A stretch of DNA of 64,000 bases, taken from positions 2,833 through 66,832 of the forward strand of contig JBCCRC010000009.1 in the NCBI GenBank assembly GCA_039208375.1. Reading direction: 5' to 3'. The position numbers and the translations under genes are program-made. Numbering within the stretch: position 1 is the stretch's first letter; the number at the start of each line of letters is the position of its first letter. Positions 46,549-54,206 of this stretch are shown here, in pieces. The notes under the pieces were generated by a model. The model did not search any database. It saw nothing but the letters and a program-made list of their open reading frames with translations, and was not told the DNA's origin. This DNA is from Pseudomonadota bacterium (lineage in GTDB: Bacteria; Pseudomonadota; Alphaproteobacteria; Rhodobacterales; Rhodobacteraceae).

Positions 46549-47156
46549 TGGGTGTGGTCAATCTCGAAGAGTTCTCGCAATCTCCAGCGCCAGCCGTACC
46601 GACTGCACCGCCCGCCCCGGCTCCGGGCTCGGCAGCGGGTGCGGCGTCGGGCGATGCGTTGCGAGAGGCCTTTGAACGCGGCTACCGCTCTGGCTGGGAC
46701 GATGCCCAAGACACCCAGAGGAAGGAAGCCGCGGCACTTACGGCAGAGCTTTCGCGCAACCTGTCCGATATCAGCTTCTCGTTTCATGAAGCTCGGGAGG
46801 ATGTGCTGGCCGGGATGGCGCGGTTCTACGAAGCGCTGTTTTCGGAGTTTCTTCCGTCGTTGGCCGATACAGCGCTAAAGGCCGCCCTCGTTGATGCCCT
46901 CGTGTCTGCCGCAACCGATGCCGCGCCCAATCGTGCCGTGATCGCCGTCGCTCCACCGGACGTTGGCCCGGTGCGTGAGGTCTTGCCCACCGATATCGCT
47001 CTCGATCTCTCGGTAGAGCCGGAGCCAGCGCTTCGGCCGGGCCAAGCGTACCTGACCTTCGCAGGCGGCGAGATTGAGTTTGACTTCGCAGCCGTCACCG
47101 ACCGGCTTGCGGCCTGCATCCCGGCCACCGCGGATGATGGGGCGGCAGAAGCGTGA
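46548..47156 (+). CDS. FliH-like flagellar assembly protein (tentative)
   Basis: 202 aa, start overlaps the fliF stop (TGATG). N-terminal FERGYRSGWDDAQ is followed by a helical region. It occupies the fliH position before fliN. Confidence 0.5.
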   Translation: MGVVNLEEFSQSPAPAVPTAPPAPAPGSAAGAASGDALREAFERGYRSGWDDAQDTQRKEAAALTAELSRNLSDISFSFHEAREDVLAGMARFYEALFSEFLPSLADTALKAALVDALVSAATDAAPNRAVIAVAPPDVGPVREVLPTDIALDLSVEPEPALRPGQAYLTFAGGEIEFDFAAVTDRLAACIPATADDGAAEA

Positions 47157-47437
47157 GCGATTCTGAGGACTCGAAAGCGGACGAAACCCGTTTTGGCGAA
47201 GTGCCCGTCACCGTGACGGTGGTTGTCGGCACGGCCCGTCCCGCCGTGCGCACGCTGCTTGAGCTGTCGCGCGATTCCGTCATCCCTCTCGAAAACCGGA
47301 TCGACGATCCGGTGACCATTTACGCGGGCGACAAGATCATCGCCCATGGCGAACTTTTGGAGGACGAGGGAGATGGCGATGGCGGGGCGGGCACGCTTTC
47401 AGTCCGCATCACTGAGCTGCTGACCGATAATGGCTAG
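47153..47437 (+). CDS. fliN: flagellar motor switch protein FliN
   Basis: VPVTVTVVVGTARPAVRTLLELSRDSVIPLENRIDDPVTIYAGDKIIAHGEL, a SpoA domain. Confidence 0.9.
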   Translation: MSDSEDSKADETRFGEVPVTVTVVVGTARPAVRTLLELSRDSVIPLENRIDDPVTIYAGDKIIAHGELLEDEGDGDGGAGTLSVRITELLTDNG

Positions 47438-48182
47438 CCCCACTCTCCGCCACGGCGCGGGTGTTGCACTGGCTGTTGCCGCTGCCGGATGGCCAATGGT
47501 TGCCGCGGGCCAGAGCGTGCCATTCGAACTGCCCGAAGGCCTCATGCTTTCGGAGCGCGCGATCCAGCTTTTCCTGTTGATCACAATCCTCAGCATCGTG
47601 CCCGGGCTGGCGGTGATGATCACCTGCTTTCCCTTCATCGTCACCGTGCTGGCGATCCTACGCCAGGCCATTGGGTTGCAAACCTCGCCCCCGAACATCC
47701 TGATCGTCAGCCTCGCACTTTTTCTCACTTACTATGTGATGGAGCCCGTCTTCCTCGAAGCGTGGCGCGCCGGCCTTCAGCCGTTGGGCGAGGGTGCACT
47801 TGGCCCGGTTGAGGGGCTGACCGCAGCGCTTGCCCCGTTTCGGGAATTCATGGTGGGGCGGCTGGCCGCAGATTCCTACGCTGCGCTCGCAGAGCTTCGG
47901 GGCGTGCCGCGCACGGCAGATGTAGAGACCGCGCCGCTCTCTGTGCTCGTACCGGCCTTTCTGCTCAGCGAAATCGAACGCGCGTTTCAGATCGGTTTCC
48001 TGATTTTCCTGCCATTCCTGATCATCGATCTGGTGGTGGCCGCAGTGCTGATGTCCATGGGTATGATGATGGTGCCGCCGGCCATCGTGTCCCTCCCCTT
48101 CAAACTTGCCTTCTTCGTCGTCGCAGACGGGTGGGGTTTGCTGGCAAACGCTCTGGTGAGGGGTTACGTGCCCCAGCTTTAG
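47430..48182 (+). CDS. fliP: flagellar export apparatus protein FliP
   Basis: Signal peptide followed by FPFIVTVLAILRQAIGLQTSPPN and IGFLIFLPFLIIDLVVA. Confidence 0.95.
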   Translation: MASPTLRHGAGVALAVAAAGWPMVAAGQSVPFELPEGLMLSERAIQLFLLITILSIVPGLAVMITCFPFIVTVLAILRQAIGLQTSPPNILIVSLALFLTYYVMEPVFLEAWRAGLQPLGEGALGPVEGLTAALAPFREFMVGRLAADSYAALAELRGVPRTADVETAPLSVLVPAFLLSEIERAFQIGFLIFLPFLIIDLVVAAVLMSMGMMMVPPAIVSLPFKLAFFVVADGWGLLANALVRGYVPQL

Positions 48183-48207
48183 TGCGGCTAACGGCCAGGG
48201 GCATCGT

Positions 48208-48237
48208 ACCCATATTCTGCAAATTGCTTGCATATGG
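48208..48237. terminator. AT-containing inverted repeat between convergent fliP and flgI
   Basis: CCCATAT-N16-ATATGGG. Confidence 0.3.
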
Positions 48238-48291
48238 GCCAGAGTCCCAACGCGCGCCATCTCGCGCTGCGCGCGTCTCGCGAGCCACGCG

Positions 48292-49398
48292 CTATTGCAC
48301 AATGAACTCCGCATGCAGCGCGCCGGCCGCTTTGATCGTTTTCAAGATATCGATCATGTCCCGAGGCGCGACGCCCAGTGCATTCAACCCCGCAATCACG
48401 TCGGACAGGGAGGTGCCGCCGGGCACTTCCGCCAAACCCTCCGTTTCCCCCGCGGCACCGATATCAGCCTCGGTCCGCGGCACGACGATCGATTGTCCCG
48501 ACGCAAAGGGGTTCGGTTGCACTACAAGTGGCGCCTCGCTGATCCGCAGCGTCAGCCCCCCTTGGCTGACCGCCACGCGCGAGATCCGCACATCTGCGCC
48601 CAACACGATCGTGCCAGAGCGTTGATCAACAACCACACGCGCGCGCGTCTCTGGTTCCACCACAAGATTCTCGATCATGCCAATCGCATGGGCGGCCGAG
48701 CGGGCGCCGACGGCGGCGATGTTAACCCGCACGGTGCCTGCATCCGTCATCCGCGCCGCGGGTTGAGCAGACACGCCGTTGATCGCCACCTCGATGCGCT
48801 CAGCCGTCGTGAAATCCGGATCACGCAGAGAAAGCGCAACTTCGCGCATATGGGTGTAGTCAAACGCCACTTCCCGCTCCACACGCGCGCCGCCGGGGAT
48901 CGAACCCGATGTCGGCACGCCCTGCACGACCTCGGCGCCCTCACCCGCCGCAGCAACACCACCGGCGAGAACCGCGCCCTGGGCAACGGCATAGATCTGG
49001 CCATCAGCGGCATTGAGCGGCGTCATCACGAGCGTGCCACCCAGAAGGCTGTCAGCGTCGCCTATGGCCGACACCGTCACATCTATTTGCGATCCGGCCC
49101 GGGCGAAGGCCGGCAGAACCCCGGTCACGAAGACAGCGGCAACGTTTTGCGGGCGGAACTGTTCGCCAGTGACATTTACCCCGAGACGTTCGAGCATGTT
49201 GCTCATGATCTCTTCCGTGAAGGGCGCGTTGCGCAGCCCATCGCCCGTTCCATTCAGCCCGACGACGAGGCCGTACCCCACAAGATCGTTGCCGCGCACA
49301 CCCTCGAATTCAACGAGATCCTTAATGCGAACGGGCGCAGCTATGGCGGGCAGAGCCACCGCAATGGCGAGAAGCGCGACAAGCGCGCGCCAGATCAC
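48292..49398 (-). CDS. flgI: flagellar P-ring protein FlgI
   Basis: Signal peptide followed by RIKDLVEFEGVRGNDLVGYGLVVGLNGTGD. Confidence 0.95.
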   Translation of the reverse strand: MIWRALVALLAIAVALPAIAAPVRIKDLVEFEGVRGNDLVGYGLVVGLNGTGDGLRNAPFTEEIMSNMLERLGVNVTGEQFRPQNVAAVFVTGVLPAFARAGSQIDVTVSAIGDADSLLGGTLVMTPLNAADGQIYAVAQGAVLAGGVAAAGEGAEVVQGVPTSGSIPGGARVEREVAFDYTHMREVALSLRDPDFTTAERIEVAINGVSAQPAARMTDAGTVRVNIAAVGARSAAHAIGMIENLVVEPETRARVVVDQRSGTIVLGADVRISRVAVSQGGLTLRISEAPLVVQPNPFASGQSIVVPRTEADIGAAGETEGLAEVPGGTSLSDVIAGLNALGVAPRDMIDILKTIKAAGALHAEFIVQ

Positions 49399-50408
49399 CT
49401 CAGAAACTCCGAAAGCGAAAGACGTGAAAGGCGCGCGGTGATCGAAAACAGAGTTTCGATCTGCACGCGCGTTGCCTCCAGCGCCGTGGCAGCCTCAAAC
49501 GGATCCGCCGCGATCAGTTCATTTCGCGCAAGATCGGCGGCCGCGCGTTCGGCGGCATTCGTGGTCTCCGCAAGCGCAATGCGTTCCTGGGAAACGCCCA
49601 CAGCCGCGCGCACATCTGTCAGCGCATCGCCGCTTTGGATAAGCTTCTCGCCGGCCCGCTGCGTGGCCGCGGCGCGTTCCTCGAAAAGGCCCGGAAGTGC
49701 ACCGCGGTCAACCAACGTTGCAAGTGCGAGGCTCGCAAGCGTATCTCGAAGCGCGGGATCAGAGGCCAGCGGTGGAGCAGCGGCTTCCGAGTTGGGCCCG
49801 ATCCGAGCGGGCGCGCGCGGATCGGTCGTGCCAAGGTAGGCGACCGTATCAAAATCGCCGCCTGGGGCGAACCATGCGTCAACCACCGCTTCGAGATCGG
49901 CCGCCGTTGCCACCCCCGCGCCAGTGGCCGCAGTTTCAAGTGCCGCCAGTATTGTTTCGGTATCCGCGAGTGCCGGGCCATCCGTAGACCGTCCGCCAAA
50001 AAGCGTTTCACCCGCGAATTGAACGTTCAACGCCGATATCGCCGTATCAAATACCCGCGCGGCGTCGCCCGCCGCAATGTCCACCAGCGCCGGTTGCCCG
50101 CCTGTTTCAGACAGGAGAAGGGAGTTGGCCGCGCGGCCGGCCTCTTCCGCAACAAGCCCCAGTGACAGTTGAACAGTATCTGCCCGCTGGCGAGCCTCGG
50201 CGGCGGCGGTGTTGAACGCGTCGAGCCGAGTGATCGTGGCCTCGAATGCCGCGAGGGAACCGAAATCTCCGCTAAGGCTTGTTCGCAAATCGGCTTTCCG
50301 CCCGGTGGCCAACTCAGTCGTCAACCGCTGCAGATCTGCCGACAGCCGCGCGTTTTCGCGGCGCAGCTGAAGCGATTGAGCAAGATCCCCGATTGCCGTG
50401 AAAGTCAT
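49395..50408 (-). CDS. flgL: flagellar hook-filament junction protein FlgL
   Basis: 337 aa, flagellin-like N-terminal and C-terminal helices. Sits between flgK and flgI. Confidence 0.8.
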   Translation of the reverse strand: MTFTAIGDLAQSLQLRRENARLSADLQRLTTELATGRKADLRTSLSGDFGSLAAFEATITRLDAFNTAAAEARQRADTVQLSLGLVAEEAGRAANSLLLSETGGQPALVDIAAGDAARVFDTAISALNVQFAGETLFGGRSTDGPALADTETILAALETAATGAGVATAADLEAVVDAWFAPGGDFDTVAYLGTTDPRAPARIGPNSEAAAPPLASDPALRDTLASLALATLVDRGALPGLFEERAAATQRAGEKLIQSGDALTDVRAAVGVSQERIALAETTNAAERAAADLARNELIAADPFEAATALEATRVQIETLFSITARLSRLSLSEFLR

Positions 50409-50411
50409 CGC

Positions 50412-51869
50412 CTAGATCCTCACCAGCTGTTGCAGCATATCGTCGATCACTTGGATCACCCGCGCGTTTGCCGCATAGTTCTGCTCGATCAGGATCAGCT
50501 TCTGAAGCTCCTGATCCGTATCAACGCCACCGGCCGCCTCTTGTTCGGCCAGCCCAAGCTGGAATGCCGCGCGGAAACCCTGTTCGCGTTCTGAGATCCG
50601 CAGGTCAGACGCCGCCCGAGAGGTCAGCTCGGCAACGAGGGCATCAAACGCTTCCGCCCCAGCATCAAGGGCGGGAGAGGCTGCAACGCGCTGCGCGCCC
50701 AGGGCATCAGAGAAGCTCTGAAGCAGTGTGGCATCGCCCCCTGGGCCCGGCGCAGCCGCGCCAAGCCCGTCGCGCAGACGGAAAAGCGCGCCACCGCGGG
50801 CGGGATCAACCAAGGCGTTCACATCGATCCGTCGGGAAAGCCCAATTTCATCGGCTGGTGCGAAGGCAAGGCCACCATCGGTGAAAAGGCCCGGATCCCC
50901 GGGCGCTCGGGTGGGATCAATCGCGGGATCCGCGAAGCGATCCACCAAATCGCGCGCCACACCATCGAGGCGCGACTGGTCGGCCACGGCAAGCGTATCG
51001 CGCACCTCAAATAACGCCCCAAGCCGGCCGCCGCCCAAAGGCGCGAAGGTGCCGTTGGCGGGGGTGCCCCGCCCATCGATCTCAAGGTCGGAAAGCGCGC
51101 CGCTGGCCAGCGTCATATCGGCGGTGATCACGCCGGTTCCCGCAAATTCGATCTCGCGCGCTGTGCCATCGATCAAAACAGCGCCGCCCGTCGTTACTAA
51201 CGCAATGCGGTCGTCATCGCGGGCAAAACTGCGCACCGGAACGATCTCTGCGATTGTGTCGACCACCCGCTGGCGTTCATCGAGCAAGGCCGCAACATCG
51301 CGGCCGGCCCCGTTTTGGCGGCTGATCTGGCCATTGAGATCCTGCACCTGCGCCAGGGATGCGTTCAGAAGCGCCACGTCGCGGGCGATGGCGGCATCAG
51401 CCTCTTCGCGCAGATCCTGAACCCCGGCAGAGGCCGCATTGAGCGCATCGGTCAGGGCCTGGGCCGCCGCGCCTACAGCCGTCAGGCGGCTTGGCTCATC
51501 TGGCCGGCTCGCCGCTTCGATCAGGCTTGCGTCAAACTGGCGGATGCGGCCTGAGAGCGAGAGGTCAGATTCTGGGCTGCCCCAAAGATCGCTCGCGGCA
51601 GACAAGTATTGCGTGCGGGTGTCAGAATTGGCCAAGGCGCTGTCGGCCAACTGCCGGTCCTGGATCAGAGCCTCGTCCACCACCCGGCGCACGCCATCCA
51701 CCTGCACCCCCCCGGTGCTGCCGTCCACATAACGCGTGGAAAGCTCCAACTCCCGTCGGGCGTAGCCGGGGGTTTGCGCATTGGCGACGTTTGATGACAC
51801 CACACCCGCCGCCCGGGCATTGGCCGAGAGGCCGGAAACGGCGGCGGAAAGGGCTGACGTGATGCTCAT
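50412..51869 (-). CDS. flgK: flagellar hook-associated protein FlgK
   Basis: N-terminal SALSAAVSGLSANARAAGVVSSNVANAQTPGYARRE. C-terminal YAANARVIQVIDDMLQQL. Confidence 0.9.
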   Translation of the reverse strand: MSITSALSAAVSGLSANARAAGVVSSNVANAQTPGYARRELELSTRYVDGSTGGVQVDGVRRVVDEALIQDRQLADSALANSDTRTQYLSAASDLWGSPESDLSLSGRIRQFDASLIEAASRPDEPSRLTAVGAAAQALTDALNAASAGVQDLREEADAAIARDVALLNASLAQVQDLNGQISRQNGAGRDVAALLDERQRVVDTIAEIVPVRSFARDDDRIALVTTGGAVLIDGTAREIEFAGTGVITADMTLASGALSDLEIDGRGTPANGTFAPLGGGRLGALFEVRDTLAVADQSRLDGVARDLVDRFADPAIDPTRAPGDPGLFTDGGLAFAPADEIGLSRRIDVNALVDPARGGALFRLRDGLGAAAPGPGGDATLLQSFSDALGAQRVAASPALDAGAEAFDALVAELTSRAASDLRISEREQGFRAAFQLGLAEQEAAGGVDTDQELQKLILIEQNYAANARVIQVIDDMLQQLVRI

Positions 51870-51898
51870 GGCAAACTCCGGTGACTATTGCGGCAGCG

Positions 51899-53203
51899 CT
51901 ATCGCTTGATGTTGGTGGTTTCCTGAAGCATCTCGTCGACGGTCTGGATCACCTTGGCGTTCGAGGAATACGCGCGCTGCGTCTGAATCAACTGCGTCAG
52001 TTCGCCCGCCACGTCGGTGGCAGATTCCTCTACCGCAAAGGCCACAATATCGCCGGTCGGCCCGTCAGCCGCATCCCACAGAAAGAACGTGCCGCTTTCG
52101 TTCGAGGTGCGATACGTCTGGTTATCCTGCGCGATCAGGCCGTTGGGGTTCGGCAGATCAATCAATGGGATCTGGTAGATCGTCTGCGTGATCCCGATGT
52201 CGAAATTGGCGCGAACAAACCCGTTTGCGTCAACCTCAACAGATATCAGGTTGCCCACCGGAGAGCCGTCTTTTGAGATCGAGGTGGGGGCAAAGCTATC
52301 GGACAGCTGCGTAAGGCCCTGGCCCGAGCCAACGGCGCCGATATTGATCTCGATCGGGCCGCCCGCGACGTTAACGGTAAGGTTTCCCGTCGCCGGATCA
52401 TAGGCGCCGCCCGATACGGTTGTGACGGAGTCAATGGTGCCGCCGCTGGCGCGTGTGGCGTCAAAGACAACCGTGTACTCCCCAATCGTTGCGCCACCCT
52501 GAGCGGAATCGCTCAACACCACAGTCCAGGTGTTTGACGCGCCTGCTGCGGTGGGCACGGTCGGCGAAAAGGCAATGTTCACGCTTTGCGACGTACCGAG
52601 GTTGTCAAAATACTCCACCGACAATTCCAACGTCTGCCCAGACGCGCCAAACTCCGTCTCTGTGGCCGGCAGGTTAACGCCAAGGGCGATCCGCGTTGTC
52701 GGCTCTGACGTGAACTGGTTCACGTTGATCTGTACGGGCTCAAGCCCATCGCCCGTGTCCCGCGGGAACGTGGGGATGGTGCCGTCGGGGTCGGCCGGCC
52801 AGCCCATGAGGATCACACCATTATTGGTGCGCAGAAAACCCTCAGCATCTGTTCGGAACGATCCAGTTGTCGCCAGGAAAAGGGGGAAGTCCCCGGTTGG
52901 ATTGTTCAGGGCGCTTTCGTTTGTTACCGGAAGAAAGCCGCGGCCGCGCACGGCCAGATCAGTGGCGTTTGCCGTGCTTTGAAGCGCACCGGGCTCATCG
53001 ATCAGGCGTTGGGTGGTGACCCGCACGCCGCCCGCCGAATACGTCCCCGCGCCCGACGAAATCACGAGTGATGAGAAATCCGCCGCAGCACGCTTGTAGC
53101 CATTGGTGGCGGAATTGGCGATGTTGTCCGAAATCGTCGCAAGCCGGCTGGCATTGGCTGCAAGCCCAGCGACACCGGCATTCAGCGAAGAAGAAATCGT
53201 CAT
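51899..53203 (-). CDS. flgE: flagellar hook protein FlgE
   Basis: N-terminal SSLNAGVAGLAANASRLATISDNIANSATNGYKR. C-terminal QRAYSSNAKVIQTVDEMLQE. Confidence 0.95.
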   Translation of the reverse strand: MTISSSLNAGVAGLAANASRLATISDNIANSATNGYKRAAADFSSLVISSGAGTYSAGGVRVTTQRLIDEPGALQSTANATDLAVRGRGFLPVTNESALNNPTGDFPLFLATTGSFRTDAEGFLRTNNGVILMGWPADPDGTIPTFPRDTGDGLEPVQINVNQFTSEPTTRIALGVNLPATETEFGASGQTLELSVEYFDNLGTSQSVNIAFSPTVPTAAGASNTWTVVLSDSAQGGATIGEYTVVFDATRASGGTIDSVTTVSGGAYDPATGNLTVNVAGGPIEINIGAVGSGQGLTQLSDSFAPTSISKDGSPVGNLISVEVDANGFVRANFDIGITQTIYQIPLIDLPNPNGLIAQDNQTYRTSNESGTFFLWDAADGPTGDIVAFAVEESATDVAGELTQLIQTQRAYSSNAKVIQTVDEMLQETTNIKR

Positions 53204-53260
53204 GCGTGACCTTTCAGTTTGCGACCCGCTTGGTTCGGGCCCGGGGGTATGCGGCGCGGA

Positions 53261-53275
53261 TTAACAGAGGGCTAA
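53261..53275. promoter_or_regulatory. CtrA-box-like site upstream of flgE
   Basis: TTAAcagagggCTAA, which reads TTAG-N7-TTAA on the minus strand. It lies 58-72 nt upstream of the flgE ATG. Confidence 0.4.
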
Positions 53276-53293
53276 GCAGGCCCCGGCGGCGGC

Positions 53294-54133
53294 TCATGCC
53301 GTTTCGCGCAATACGATGATTTCGATACGGTTGTTGCGAACCGCCATCGGGTTTCGATCAATCGGCGCGCGGCTGGCATAGCCTGTCATCCGCTGGACCT
53401 TTCCAGCAAGAGGTTCTTTTTCCTCTATTTTCTGACGAGCAGCTGCGGCGCGGGCCAGCGAGGTTTCCCAACCGTTGTCATTGATCACCACCACGGGCTG
53501 GGCGCGAACATGCCCGTTAACGGCGATGTCATTTTCCACGAGGCCGAACACCGGAAGCAGCTCTTCCATCAACGCGCGGAACGTCTCGGTGGGTTCATTC
53601 TGCGCGGTGAACATAGGGGTGTCTTCGGTGTCGAAGATTTCAACCACGAGCCCCTCGTCGCTGATCCGCGTCACGACGTGGCGGCGCAAAAGCTCGGTTG
53701 ACATGCTTTCGCCGCCTGCCGCCAGAAGCTGTCGTTCCAATTCCGAAAGCGCGTCGGCACTGGCGTTTTGTGCGCCATCCTCATCAGAGGTGCCAAGGTT
53801 GCCGCGCGCCTGCCGGGCTTCTGTGGGACGGGGCAGGCCCGCGCCGGTGCCGTTCTGGGCAAGCGTGTTTTCGGAATAGACGCTCTCGCCCCCAAACGCG
53901 CCCTGCCCGCCGGCAGACGCCCGCACAACAGAAATGGTAGGGTTGAAATAGTCAGCAATGCCCTTGCGCTGCTTCTCGGTCGTCGCGCCGAGAAGCCACA
54001 TAAGCATAAAGAAGGCCATCATCGCCGTAACGAAGTCGGCATAGGCCACCTTCCAGGCACCGCCATGGTGCCCGTCGCCCTTCACCACGCGTTTGCGTTT
54101 GATCAGGGTAGGCGTGTTGGATTGCGCTGTCAT
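53294..54133 (-). CDS. motB: flagellar stator protein MotB (OmpA-like C-terminus)
   Basis: Start taken at MTAQSNTPTLIKRKR. Plug/TM region WKVAYADFVTAMMAFFMLMWLL. C-terminal NNRIEIIVL. Confidence 0.9.
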   Translation of the reverse strand: MTAQSNTPTLIKRKRVVKGDGHHGGAWKVAYADFVTAMMAFFMLMWLLGATTEKQRKGIADYFNPTISVVRASAGGQGAFGGESVYSENTLAQNGTGAGLPRPTEARQARGNLGTSDEDGAQNASADALSELERQLLAAGGESMSTELLRRHVVTRISDEGLVVEIFDTEDTPMFTAQNEPTETFRALMEELLPVFGLVENDIAVNGHVRAQPVVVINDNGWETSLARAAAARQKIEEKEPLAGKVQRMTGYASRAPIDRNPMAVRNNRIEIIVLRETA

Positions 54134-54206
54134 CGCACCACCTCCGCCCACACCCGGGGCGAGGTATGCGGCCATCCCCTGAACAAAAGGTAAAGCGTCG
54201 CGGCGT

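Noticed and set aside
22204-54133. Is the flagellar supercluster a mobile genomic island?
   Set aside because: No integrase, transposase, tRNA gene or direct-repeat boundaries are visible at either edge. Composition looks like the rest of the window. Only the odd spacer at 21045-22203 hints at a junction, and that is reported separately.
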